From Heteronotia binoei (Eukaryota): 64,000 nucleotides of DNA. The translations under genes were made by a program, and so were the position numbers. Positions 49,048 through 61,970 of this stretch are shown here, one piece after another. The notes under the pieces are model-generated. The model had not been told where the DNA came from. It was given only the letters and a program-made list of their open reading frames with translations, and ran no database searches. Numbering within the stretch: the stretch's first letter is position 1; every line of letters starts with the position of its first letter. The stretch covers positions 17,608,001 through 17,672,000 of the forward strand of contig NC_083227.1 in the NCBI RefSeq assembly GCF_032191835.1. The letters are read 5' to 3'.

Positions 49048-51120
49048 AGCACTTTGGAAATATCTGTAAATAAATAGTGTATATAGTTTGCCCAAGAGCA
49101 GCTGTGTGCAGACTTTATTTCTTCGAGTCTCAAGAGACCACACACTAAACGCCAAAACTGATATGGACTTACCTATGCATCCCGAGATATTTCTCTTAGG
49201 AAAGTGGTCAGATCCCACACACAACAAACTGAAACAGTCCATATTCTCATTTCAGCTGCACACACGGTCATAGCATCTAGGTGAATAGATAGATCAAACC
49301 CCAATATTGTTGAGTGGCGCAACAAACTATGGGAAAGTTTTATTATGTTTAAAATTTCATCCAGTATTTCTTTTTTATCAGAGATTCAAGAGTCAAGACT
49401 AATTGCAACCTGGTATCCTATTGTTAAGTATCTCATTTTGAAAAAGGTCATCCCTAAAAACAAACTGCACCACAAAATGCTATATTTTTGAACTAAAACA
49501 ATGCCTTATTTTAACTTTAATGGAGTTTGTCTTACAGTCTAGTACTGGTAAACTGTTTTCTTAGTTGTTGTATAATTTCATGCCATACCTTTTCATTTAT
49601 TGTTACCTGTTGTGAAAGATTGCGGATATATGTAATCTATTTTTATTTTATATGATTTTGTTACATTGATTCTGAAATAAAGTTTGAATTTTTTTTTTAA
49701 AAAAAAGTAATAGCCAGAGATAATCAGGCACAACCTGGAGGATGGCAACTCTAACCCTTGACCCTGGTTGACTGTTGGTACTTGATCAGCATTTACAAAA
49801 TATTTGTCACATATGGAGGTGGCAAATTCAGTGACTTTAGCTGCAGACAGAGGGTAGATGTCTGCTGCCACAGAACAGGAACCTATTCACCTATCACATT
49901 TCTCTGTTTCCTCTCCAGTCCACTTTCCTGCGTGGTGTAGAAGTTAAAATACTGAATGATGATGGCCTGGGTTCAAATCCTTACTCAGCTAGCTGCCAGG
50001 AGGATCACTGGGTGGCCAAGGATCCTAAGCTACGTCACAGGGAGAAATAAGGAGAAACTTAAGTTTCTTAGTAAAAAGGTGGAATCAAAATGTGGGGGGT
50101 GATAGATCATGTTGTCCTCCTGGGACAAGCTGGGAGAGACTGACCCCTGAGTGTGTGACGGTGCAGGGGCCTACTGTCAGCTCTTGGAGGATTGGCTACA
50201 TCAAAACTCTTGGAGGATTGGCTACATCAAAACTCTTGGAGGATTGGCTACATTGATATGCAAAGGAGTTCCTACTACAAAAAAAGCCCTGCTTAAGGTT
50301 ATTACTGGATATTTTGTTCCTTAAAAATTAGGAGTTGGCAACTGCAAGTGGATGGCCAGAGATGCTGCAAGCCAGAGGTGATGGGGGTAGGGTTGCCAGG
50401 TTCCCCTGGCCAGGCCTTGAATTCAGCAGGATTCAGCACAGCTCCTGAACCTTTCTGACGGTTCCCCCTCCTCCTCCCCACCTTGTCTATTGAATAGTAG
50501 GTGCAGCTGCATAACAATCCCTGGATGAGCTCCAACACCTATTTTTCTACAAAATGACCCCTGCTCCTGGCCATCAGCAAGGGGTTGGGGATGGAAGGGT
50601 TGCCAACTCCAGGTTGACAAACTCTTGGAAATTAGGGGATGTATTACTAGAAATTTTAAAACGGGAGGGGGACTTAACCCAAAAGAATTGAGTCAAGAAT
50701 AAAAAAGGCAGGAGGTGGTAGACAGGAGGGTTGTGAACTCTTGGCTGAGAAACTCCTGGAGATTTGGGGATGGAGCCTGGGAAAGAAGGGACTTCAGTGG
50801 GGTAGAGCCATCAGCGGCCATTTCCACCTGGGGAACTGGTCTCTGTAGTGTGGAGAAGCTGTAATATCAGCAGATCCTCAAGTCTCACCCGGAGGCTGGC
50901 ATTCCTAGTGGATCCAATGGCCAGAGAGACCATCCCCCAAAACATCCATTTTCTCAGAAAGTGATCAGGAAAGAAACACTGTTTTTTTTCTCTGCAGGGG
51001 AAGATCCCACCAAGCCAGAAAGACCCGAAACAATGTTTACAAGGACCAGAAGCACCTTTTCTTTTATAACAACCATAATTTTAATAACCCAACCTAATTT
51101 GTATAGTCATCCCTGACCAC

Positions 51121-51219
51121 CTGGGCAACTCAGTGGGGCTGCTCGGGGGTAACTCTGCAGAGAGTTGCTCTCCCAGCGTATCCAATGGTGTTTAGCCATC
51201 TCAGAAAATGAGATGGCTG
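51121..51219 (-). repeat. Inverted duplicate of the core-promoter module of paralog C
   Basis: Reverse complement of about 51673-51770. Confidence 0.88.
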
Positions 51220-51659
51220 CAATAATAAATAATGCCCATCACTGATTTTCTCATGTTGGTTAATTTTAAAACTCGATCCACATTGCTATCCTATATTATT
51301 CAAGATATCTGTGACAGTATTTGACTGGTGCTTCACGTTTCCCGTCTGGATTCAACCTTCAGAATTCCAGCTAGCCTAGCTTTTCTTCAAAGAAGTTCTG
51401 CAACAAAAACCGGGAATACACACAGTCTTCCTTCCCTCCTATTTCAGAATTCATTGTCTGAAATACAGCTTCAACCTTTGCAGATGGGAGGGGGGGTTCA
51501 GGCGGGGGTTGCCAGTCTCCTGCCGGGAGACAACCAAATCCGTCCTCCAGAAGGGGAATTTATAGTCTGGAGATGAGCAGCTGTAATTCCAGAGACTCCC
51601 CAGGTCCCAGTTGGAGGCCAGCATCCCTAAGTGTGTGGGATGGGGGTTAAAGAAAACGC

Positions 51660-52100
51660 CCCCCTCCCGCTTCAACCATCTCATTTTCTGAGATGGCTGA
51701 ACACCATTGAATACGCTGGGAGAGCAACCCTTTGCAGAGTTACTCCCGAGCAGCCCCATTGAGCTGGCCGGGGTGGGAGGGTCAGGGACGGCACCCTGGT
51801 TAAACTCCGCTCTGTCCTGGACTGGGCGCTGCTTCGCGGGGAAAGGACGAAAAGCATTTTCCCTTGGACTGCAGCACGGAAGGGGTTAAACCAACAGAGC
51901 TGTTTGCTAGAGAGGGCAAGCGGGGGGTGGGAGTGGAAAGGCTCTTTTCCTGCCTGTGTTTTTTTTTGGGGGGGGGGGTTGCTTCTGAATCACCAAAGAG
52001 GACAGAAGGGGCTTCAGGCAGGTAACAGCGGAGAAAAGCAGTACAGCCGGATCCCGGGAAGGTTTACTCACAAGTAAGACACGGGGGGTGGGGGCAGGCG
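51660..52100 (+). promoter_or_regulatory. CpG-rich promoter and exon 1 of paralog C
   Basis: Homologous to A and B; dyad CCATCTCA-N5-TGAGATGG; donor after 52021. Confidence 0.65.
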
Positions 52101-53146
52101 GGGGGGAGGTATAAGCTCTTAAATTTGAAAAAAGAGGACTGTTGTCTCTCATGTATAGAGCCAAGTGGGGAGCAGGGTTGGTCTGCAGCAAAAGAACCAA
52201 AGTTCGAGTCCATGTACACCTTTTAAGATCAACGAAGGTTTATTCCCAGGCTGCTTCGGTTCAATTAAAATGGAAGTTACCAGTCTGTACATCTAGGTAG
52301 AGGGTGAACAGAAAATTAGCATAAAGCATAATGAAGATGTTTCACAGATTCCAGGACCAAATAAGAATAACAAGCTTCGTATAGTTACCATTTGATTGGG
52401 GTTCATTCTGGGGCCTGGGGGGGGGGGGGGTGGAATAGTGAAGGAAATATGTCAAAATTGGAGGCTGATTGGCAGGTGTCCCCTTCTTAATTGTGGGATG
52501 CTGAGAGTAACAGTTGTCACGCTCCATCCATCTTCTACCAAGCTTAATGGAAAGTCTCAGTTAATTATTCTCAGGGGCTTTAAATGCTTTCAAAGTGATT
52601 TTTAAATGCATGTTTTTAAGTTGTTAGCTGTTTTGGTGGCCCTTGTGGAAGTCAGATGGCTGAGATCTGAACTTTTTAAAAAAAATCAATTCTCAGCTGC
52701 TGAGATCTTAAGGAGGCCCATGCCTGGTCAGGAGGGGAGGACTCATTCATGCCAAATGGCTGCTTCACGTTCCAGTTTACACTGAGACATATCCCCTGGG
52801 ACAGGCTGATTCTCCAGTCAACTAAAGCCAAGGTGATAACATCCACAATGGACTTTTAAAGAGCCAAATAGAGAGGGTTTATTTTTCTGAAGGACGAAAC
52901 AGGCATATCTCACAAAGCTTGATGTGTAATATAGCAGAATCACACTAATCCTGATCCGCAGACTGCAGCAATGACCATCCTTCTGATCCATCAGGCCAGT
53001 ACTTCGGTGTCTCTTGACCAGGGTCAGTAATGTAGCTCCATTCTCTTATGGTTTCTTTCTGCCTTTTGATTTCCTTTCGTCTTCATAGCCACAACAGTAA
53101 GGGTATCTTTCCACAGTTGTAGGTAACCCAAGAGAAGGGGAAGGAG

Positions 53147-53569
53147 ATGGAAGAGGAGGACCCAGAAGGAGCTGGAATGGGCAAGAGATTAAGGGAAAGT
53201 CCCCAACCTACCCAGGCTGGGAGTGGTGTTGAATCCTGGGAAACAGCTGTGCCAGAGATCCTGTCTCAGGACATGATAACTGCAGATGGACGCAACCGAT
53301 GCTTCCGGAAGTTCCTCTACAATGAGGCTGATGGACCCCGAGATGTTTGCAGCCAACTCCATGGACTTTGCAGCCACTGGCTGGAGCCCGAGAGGCGCAC
53401 AAAGAAGCAGATCATAGACCTGGTGATCCTGGAGCAGTTTCTAGCCATCCTGCCCCAGGGAATGCAGTGCTGGGTGAGAGGATGTGAGCCAGAGACCAGT
53501 TCCCAGGCAGTGGCCCTGGCCGAAGGTTTCCTCCTGAGTCAGGCTGAGGAGAAGAAGCAGGCAGAGGAG
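53147..53569 (+). CDS. Paralog C exon: SCAN domain
   Basis: Acceptor TAG|53089; [47 protein letters not shown]; donor GAG|GTGAAG. Confidence 0.9.
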
Positions 53570-53783
53570 GTGAAGGGGTCTCCTTCGCTCAGTTCCAGGC
53601 TTCCCTGTCAGGTATTTCTACCTTGGGAGAATTCACTAGGCTGGGAAGAAAACCCAGCCCTGATTCTTGACCCTGTGGTTGAACCAGCTCTGCTGATGGA
53701 TGGAGGGATGAGGAGTTTGGGAGTGGGGCAGGATCTGTCTCCTCAGCCTCTTTCATTTCTAGTCTCCCTTCCTGTTGTTTCAG

Positions 53784-53898
53784 ATGTGGGGACCAGCTGT
53801 AAAGATGGAAGCAAAGTTATCTGAGGCAGAAGGAGCTCCATCTGAGGAACGTCAGAGGGCACAAGCCCAGAAGCATGCCCAAGATGTCCTGTCAAGTA
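53784..53898 (+). CDS. Paralog C linker exon (115 nt)
   Basis: Homologous to A and B; weaker donor GTA|GTAAAG. Confidence 0.68.
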
Positions 53899-55296
53899 GT
53901 AAAGGTGCCTCCTGGGATTGGGGCACCTGGTCAAGTCATTTGATGGAAAAATTGGGACAGGAGAAAAAGTGAATACTTCTGTTCACTATGTAGAGTTGAC
54001 TTCTGAGATGCCCCTGGATATTGTGATGGCCACTCACTTGGAAGGGGGACTAGACAGTTTCATGGAAGGCAATTACATTCCTATTTACCTGAATTAAAAT
54101 ATTTTTATCTCACTTTCCTTCCATTAGCTGGACTCAAGGTGGCTCCAAAAAGGATAGGAAGGTGCCCAGAGTGGGATAGTCCAGCCAAGCCTGATCTTGT
54201 AAGATCTTGAAAGCTGAGCAGGGTCAGGTCTGGCAAGTACTTGAGTGGGAGACCTCTTTGAAATATCAGCAGTTGGGAGGTGGGGGCAGGTTTCATTCAG
54301 CTACCTCTCTGAATATCCTTCAGGATCCCAGAGTTTGCCATGACTTTCAGGAGCAGACACACACATTTAAAATACAAAAATCCCCCTCTCCCCCCCAACC
54401 CCCCCCCCAAAGGATAGGAGGAAAAATGTGGGTGTAGCTACTCGCTATGGTGAATAAATCGCACTTTCATATTGCTCAGAGTTGGATGGCCCAGACTAGC
54501 CTGGTCTCATCATGTCTCAGAAGCTAAGCAGGATTAGCCCTGGTTTGTACTTCAGTGGGAGACCACCAAAGAAGTACAGGGTTGCTGTGCAGAGGCAGGC
54601 AATAGCATATCACCGCTGAAGTCTCTTGCACTGAATAAGTGAGGGGTCCCCATAAATCTGTTGTGACTTGATGACACTTCACATAAACACACACAAACAC
54701 ACACACATTCTGAGGCAGTACACGTTAAAACACCTGTTGCTGGAGGCCAATAAATGGGCTTCTCAGTCTCTGCTTTAAGGGTTTTCCGGGGCTTTTTGCA
54801 GGCCACAGTCAGAAAGAGGATACTGGACTAGGAATGCCAGGCCATGTCCTGCCCACCCCCCATGAGGTTTGAGGGTGGACATGATGTCCTGTTGATGTCT
54901 CACCCAGCTAAATACCTGGATGTGAAGTCAGAGCATCAGCAGACACCCTGGAGCCCAATTGGTTGTACAGAATGTCAGCTGATGCACTAAAATCATGTCC
55001 AAGGTTGGGGCTGGATGTGCTGATGCCATGTCATTTGTCTTGATTTCTGGCCCCTCCTTTTTTCCTTCCAGTCCAGACTCAGGAGACTGGCATGCCTGGG
55101 GGTTTTGTCTGATCCAGCAGGGATGCTGTAACCTTTTCAGCTCCAGAGCATTTCTAACAATCACTCACCCCCATGTCTCATGGGGACCTGGTGCTTCTCT
55201 TCCACCTGTCCATAAGTTTATTTAACATCATTACAATTTTAACAAAATACAGAGTCAAGGTTAGAATTCACCCTTCCAATTTTGTCTCCCTCACAG

Positions 55297-55367
55297 GCTA
55301 TGAAGAGATGTTTTCAAGCGGTCATCTTTGCACTGGAGCACAATTGCCTGCTCTGTCTCAGGTCCAG
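55297..55367 (+). CDS. Paralog C linker exon (71 nt)
   Basis: CAG| ... CAG|GTAGGA; in phase. Confidence 0.72.
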
Positions 55368-55454
55368 GTAGGATGAATGAGGGACAGTCAGGCCCTGCTC
55401 CTTTCTCATGGACACCTTTCATCCTGCTGTCTGAGCAAGAGAGGCTTTGAATAA

Positions 55455-55700
<246 letters not shown>

Positions 55701-56624
55701 TAGGTGTTAATTGCTGCCACTGGATGATGCATGATTCAAAATATTGAACAGCAGTATGTGGTTGTGAGGCCTGCCCAGCTACTTGCCCCCCACTGAGGGC
55801 CCCCAGCACTTGGGGTGGCAGTGAAAGGGAAGTTCACGATGGCTGGAGAGAGCAGCCCCAGGCCCCTGTCTGATCCAGGGGCAACTGAGTCCAGTGTTAT
55901 GGTCATCACCAAAGCCAGTGAGTCTATCCTGGTCTTTGGTCAAGGCAGGGCTGAGAGGTCCTCAGAATCACCCTGGGAGGGGCCAGATCCCAATTTCTCA
56001 GTGGCCAACCTCTACCACATGCTCCTGTCCCAGACGGGATTACACTCATCCATTCTGACTTTGATCAGTAAAGAATCTATCTCCTTTATACTGGTTGAGA
56101 TTTGGGGCTTTGATTTTGACCATGGTTCCATCCTCCCAGATGAGTTTTTCCACTTCCTTGGATTTCTTTCCTTCCCTGTGTAAGAATCATCACTTTCTGT
56201 CTGTCTGCCAAAGGAGCCAGGAATGTAAGAGAGTCTACAGTGGAGAGCAATGAACACTTTGTGTCCGAAGAATGGTTGGAGGGTTTCGCAGGAAGATCTC
56301 AAGAGGCTTGCTCTTTCCCACATGAGCTGCCTGCCAGTGAGTATCCTTCATGGTTATGTCAAGGGAATGGGCAGGAATAGCAGGGGACGTTTCCTCTCCT
56401 CTTCTAGGCAACTCTTGGTTTGGTAGAATGATCAAGTCCACTAGGTAAGGAGGGAGGGAGGCCTTCTGGGCCTGGGATGTGGAGATTCAGGAGTGCCTTC
56501 TAGAGCTGAGCTCAGCTATGTCTCTTAGAAGATAAAGATTTGACAGGTGCCACACCCTGCTAGACATGACTTCAGGGGTCCTGGCAAGGGAAGTGGGGCA
56601 TGACCAGTCAGGGATCCTCTAATG

Positions 56625-58416
56625 CAGTGGTCCCTAACCTTTTTGGCACCAGGGACCGGTTTTGCCGCCACTCCCGCTGCCACGGCCCGCCCTAGGATTG
56701 CCAAGTCCAGTTCAAGAAATATCTGGGGACTTTGGGGGTGGAGCCAGGATCAAGGGTGTGACAAGCATAATTGAACTCCGAAGGGAGTTCTGGCCCTCAC
56801 TTTTAAAGGGACAGCACACCTTTTTAAATGCCTTCCTTCCATAGGAAATAATGAAGGATAGGGGCACCTTCTTTTGGGGATCATAGAATTGGACCCCGTG
56901 GTTCAATCGTTTTAAAACTTGGGGGGGGGGTAGTTTGGGGAGAGGCACTGGATGCTATGCTGCAATTTTGGTGCCTCTACCTCAAAATACAGCCCCTCCA
57001 GAGCCCCAGATACCCATGGATCAATTCTCCATCATTCCCTATGGGAATAAGTCTCTATAGGGAATAACAGAGTTCCCAGCAGATATTTCCCTCCCCTCCC
57101 CCCTGCTTTCTGATGACCCTGAAGCAGGGGAGGGCCTCCAATCCAGGGAATCCCCTGCCCCCACCTGGGGATTGGCAACCCTAATCCGCCCCCTCCCCTC
57201 GCTTCCCCAGCACCGCGCTGTGTTTCCTCCCCTCCCCCGCCCTCCTGAGGAGGCTTGTAGTTACCTGTACCTGCTTCGGCAGGAACTGGGCTGATTCTAC
57301 AGCGTTTGAAGAGCAGGCTGGAGGAGGAGGAGTTTCACCCCCTCCCTCACTTCTGGAAGTGAGGGGGGAGAAGACTTCAGCATGCTATTGAAATAACTCA
57401 GAATTAGCCCGGTTCCTGCCAAAGCTGCCCAAGCCTCATCGCAGCGCCCCTCTGATCACGTGCGGGGTGTGTGTGTGTGTGATGAGGCTTGGCTCTACGA
57501 CTTCAGCAGGGCCCAGTGTCACGTTCTCAGGGTGCAGGCAGGCAGGAGTCCAAAGCCAATCCAAGGTCAAAGTCCAGGAAGTCAAGCAGGAGCCAAGTCA
57601 CCAATGCAGAATCACAAATTGGAATCAGAAGTCAATGTCCAAAAGCCAAAAGGTCAGGGTGCCAAGGAAATCAAGCAGGTCAGGATCAGGAAGGAGCATG
57701 GATGCAAGCCAGAGAATAGACTTGTTGCTTCCACAAGGTTACCAGGTCCTGGGTGGGAGCTATATGGGAGCCTCAATCAGCCTGCTCCCTGGGTGACAGT
57801 GACTCTGCTAGAACTGAGGGCTGAGAGATCTGCAGCATCGGTGTGCCTCATGTCTTCGCTCTGAAAGTTCTTTCCGTAGCCTGCTTCGAACTCTTGAGAT
57901 GGGAGGAGGAGAGCTTGGAGGAGATTGATAGTCAACAGCTGACACTGGTGCCTGGAGAGTGATTGATGGGCCAGCTGCTGTTTGTTCAGCTGAGGAACTG
58001 GCAACTCTTCCAGGTCTGTTAACCCTTCCAGCTCCTCCTCGTCAGGTCTCATGACACCTGGGCTGATTCTAAGTTATTTCAATAGTGTGCTGAAGGAGGC
58101 TGCTCCCTCCCCCTCACTTCCAGAAGTGAGGGAGGGGGTGAAACTCCTCCTCCAGCCTGCTCTTCAAATGCCATAGAATCAGCCCGGGCCCTGTCGAAGC
58201 AGGTAGGGGTGACTCCAAGCCTCCTTGCTCCTCCTTGCTGGCGAGGGAGCAGGGCAGAACATGGTGCGGCACTGGGGAAGGGAGGGGAGGGTTGTTGTGC
58301 GCGGGGGAGGGAGTGTGGCGCCGCTTTGCGGTTATGCGAAGGGCATGTGGAGGGGGCAGGGGGGCAGAGGTCAGGGAGTAGTGGCCCAGTAGTGGACTGC
58401 AGCCTGGGAACCCCTG
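56625..58416 (+). mobile_element. Non-autonomous hAT element containing a MITE (56693-57183) and a solo LTR
   Basis: CAGTGGTCCCTAACC...GGGAACCCCTG; TSD CTCTAATG / CTCTAATA; internal inverted arms about 57230-57410 and 58058-58240. Confidence 0.82.
57517..58056. mobile_element. Solo LTR (Gypsy-type)
   Basis: TGTCA...TGACA, 540 bp; TSD CCCAG / CCTGG, consistent with CCCGG after CpG decay on opposite strands. Confidence 0.78.
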
Positions 58417-58520
58417 CTCTAATAGGTGTGCAATGGCCTCATTAAAGTTTTCCTCCCATGGTATAGCACCTGGCAGTTTGAAGGCTTTTTTTGTAGCAGG
58501 AACTCCTTTGCATATTAGGC

Positions 58521-59382
58521 CAGGAGTGTTAAACATGCGGCCTGTGGGCCAAACTCCCCCCCCCCCCGGGGCTTCAATCAGGCCCACGGGGCTCCGTCCT
58601 CTCCCCTCTACCTCTTATGCCCTCACCCTGCAAAGCTCCAAGACTGATGTTCTCAGCTCCTTCTGCCTTCTCTTTGCAGAGGCTAAAGCAGGAGTGAAGT
58701 TGCAAAGAAAATGCAGAATGGATTTCCCGTTCAGGCCTATGGGCAGAGCAGACTGGAAAGGAAAATCCACTCCATCATGTTTTCCTTGCAACTTAGTTTC
58801 AATGGAGAGGAACTCAGTTAACTTCCCAGCGTTCCTATGGCCGCTGAAGCTTTCTGGAGTTGTGTCCTTGCAGATCAAGCGTTGATGCTCTGAGTCAGCT
58901 TTGTCTCTTCTCAATGGAGTGAGAGCTAGTGCCTAGTGAGTACTCTAGCTTGGGAACCCACAGCCAAAGGGGGATGTTACACTGGAGAGCCATTGCTAAT
59001 CTGAGTAGACCCGGGGAGAGCAGGGAGAGAAGCTTGCAATGCCTTGCCATTTCATGTTTCCCCAGGCTGAGAGCTTTTTATATTTTTCATTTTCTGCTGC
59101 ATGATCCTTGTGCTTTTTCTTGATGTTTTATTTTTAAAATTGCATTGGAAAATCCCACTATTCCCCTACCTTTCCATTTCAAACAAAATATTGCAAGAAT
59201 TTTAAGCATGTTTGTTTGTATTTTCATTTAAAAATAATATCTTTAATTGGGTTTGCATGTGTCCTTTATAAAGTCTAAATCTCCTCTATCTGCCATTGCA
59301 TTTTAGGACACGCATGGCTCAGCCCCACAAAATCCCATTTAGGTAAGATCCTGCCCTCCTAACAAATGAGTTTGACACCCTG
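58521..59382 (+). mobile_element. Non-autonomous hAT element nested in a MITE (58481-59507)
   Basis: CAGGAGTGTTAAAC...GTTTGACACCCTG; approximate TSD (A/T)TTAGGC. Confidence 0.72.
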
Positions 59383-61113
59383 TTTAGGCAATCCTCCAAG
59401 AGCTTACAGGGCTATTAGAACAGGACCTACTGTAAGCTCCAGGAGGATTGGTTACATCAGGGGTTTTTGGCCTAATATGCAAAGGAGTTCCTGCTACAAA
59501 AAAAGCTGATTGTACCATGCTGAGGTCCCTCCGTTCCTTAAATCCTTCCATCTACCAGATGGTTGGATGATGCACGGTTGATGTCGGGGCTTTCTTTGTA
59601 GCAGGACCTCCTTTGCATATTAGGCCACACACCCCTGATGTAGCCAATCCTCCAAGAGCTTACAGGGCCCTTAGCACAGGGCGTACTGTAAGCTCTGGGA
59701 GGATTGGCTATATCAGAGGTGTGTGGCCTAATATGCAAAGGAGTTCCTGCTACAGAAAAAGCCCTGGCAGCAGCAGACTTCTTCCATGCCAGCCTAGGTG
59801 GGACCTGAAGATCTGGAAAATTCAGCTCAACTGCGATTTCAGCTCTCTCCTTTTCAATTTTCACCACTTGCAAAAAGCATCCCCTTTCCAAACACCCCCT
59901 TGTACAAGTCACAACCCCTCCACAGGAAAATCCTTTTTTTCACACTCTTATTTCCTCCAGTACAACACACACACATAAATTCCGAGTACACTTATGGGGA
60001 AAATGGCAGCACCTCAAGAACAGAGCCCTTAGGGAAGGGGAGAGGCACCATCAAACTGCCAGGTGTTACGCCATTGGAGGAAAGCTATCACATGGCCACT
60101 GCACTCCCATTGGAGGATCCCTGGCTGGCCCCACGCTGCCCTTCTCGCCTATCAAATCTTTGATGAGAAAAGAGGGTACCCCTTTATCTTCTGCTGTTGA
60201 AGGGGTGCTCTCTCCTTAAATAGTGGACATTCTTTGGGGGGGGGAGACATTTACCTAAGAACAGCCTTGTTGGACGAGATCAAAGGCACTTCATCCCTCT
60301 CCTACTGTGGTCTCCTGGATGTCTTCATTCCTTAGGTGGAGATGGGTTTCAGTGCTTTCTTTGGAGCTGTTCTACCTAAGGGTATATTGAAGCAGTTCCC
60401 ACCAGTTAACACTGCAAAGGGGCTTCAGCCAAACCACACAGCACCCTCTGTTGTGTTGAGGTGGATCAGTCCTCACCCCCAGGTGGGTGGAATCATGTGC
60501 TATTGAAGAGATGCCCCCTGCCCCTGTCAGCCCAGTAAACTCAGAATAAAGTTCTCTGTTGAAGCATAGTTGGTTGAGCCATGACAGGATAGAGAAAGCC
60601 CACTAGCCACCTCCTGCCTCCCCAAGAAGAAGACTGCAGATTTATACCCTGCCCTTCTATCTGAATCAGAGACTCAGAGCAGCAAGAGGCAAGAAATCAA
60701 CTCCTTTCCAAAGGCTATTTCCCTTCCACCCCCTGGAGGCAGGAAAGTGTTTGCCACAGAAAAACAGAGAGAGAGAGAGAGCCAGGTATACCTATCTGAT
60801 CAGCATACTCCAATGTCTGGGTTTCTCTGAGGCTCTTTACCACTGTCTCCCCCTGTCCCCAGGGAAGACAGTTGATGTTGAGGAATGTAGGAGTGCAGGA
60901 ACCTTTTCATGGACTCCCATCCCCACTATATTCATTGGCGAAGGAGAGAAACTGTTAGGGATCCAAGCTGCATCAAGAAACAAAGACAGCTATTTCAAAG
61001 AAAACCTCTTTTTATTGAATATTTAATATTAAACCTTCCAGACATAGAAGGGTCTGGTACGCAGCATACAAAATTGACCCATAAATTCTAATTCAGTACT
61101 TGTAATTCAATAT

Positions 61114-61448
61114 GAGAGTCCTTGGACTGCAAGAACAAATCAGTCAGTCCTAAGGGGAATCAACCCAGACTTTTCACTGGAAGGTCAGATGCTGAAGCTG
61201 AAGCTCAAATACTTTGGCCACCAAATGAGAAGGGATCACTCGTTGGAGAAGACTCTGATACTGGGAAAGACAGAAGGCAAAAGAAGAAGGGGATGGCAAA
61301 AGATGAGATGGCTGGACAGCGTTACTGATGTAACAAACACGAATTTGAGCAGACTTCAAAGGATGGTGGAAGACAGGAGGGCCTGGCGTGAATTTGTCCA
61401 TGGGGTCGCAAAGAGTCGGACCCGACTGTGTGACTGAACAACAACAAC
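61114..61448 (+). mobile_element. Bov-B 3' end
   Basis: LKLKLKYFGHQMRRDHSLEKTLILGKTEGKRRRG; (CAA)n tail; perfect 10-bp TSD AATTCAATAT. Confidence 0.92.
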
Positions 61449-61970
61449 AATTCAATATACAGTATAATATCTAAATGAATATATTCTGGCTACAGGACTA
61501 AGCCCCCTGGCATTGTTGAGCAGCCGTGGCCATTAGTAAACCAGAGGTATACATCTTTCTTGAACCGATAGCTGTTAATGTACCTATGGATGTATAGCTG
61601 CGGTCAGGGCTTTTTTGGTAGAAAAAGCCCAGCAGGAACTCATTTGCATATTAGACCAGAATCCCTTATGCCATTGTTTCACACAGGGCTTTTTTTGTAG
61701 AAAAAAGCCAGCAGGAACTCACTTGCATATTAGGCCACACCCCTTGATGTCAAGCCATTCAGAACTGTGTTCCTGTGCATTCCTACTCAAAAAGAACCCT
61801 GGCAGTGGTAAATGTGACCAGGACAAACTGGAACTGATCCGAACTGACCTGATATACTGATCCAAATCCCTCCCCTTCTTTCTATCTCTGGGGTCAGGAA
61901 GCTCTCAGAAAGTCAAGGAAGCCAGATTCTGATACTCCATCTATTTAAACATTGATAGTGGCACTACTAA

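Larger units (their letters stand above)
47033..49157 (+). mobile_element. Ty1/Copia LTR retrotransposon, internally deleted
   Basis: 5' LTR 47033-47391 (TG...CA); PBS; gag, protease and integrase N-terminus; partial 3' LTR about 49035-49157; TSD TTGAT / CTGAT. Confidence 0.92.
45760..49705 (+). mobile_element. L1 3' fragment (about 1.6 kb net) hosting a MITE and a Copia element
   Basis: Decayed ORF2 C-terminal frames; IKQIV|DMDLPMHPEIFLLG rejoins across the Copia; A-rich end at about 49700. Confidence 0.8.
56527..60192. mobile_element. Long-TIR element (about 650 bp net) with AG...CT ends and a degenerate 6-bp TSD; hosts nested elements
   Basis: Termini AGAAGATAAAG / CTTTATCTTCT; flanks TCTCTT and GCTGTT versus single-copy GCTCTT in B. 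Confidence 0.65.

Noticed and set aside
50181-50254. Near-triple 26-bp tandem unit
   Set aside because: Slippage inside a common MITE.
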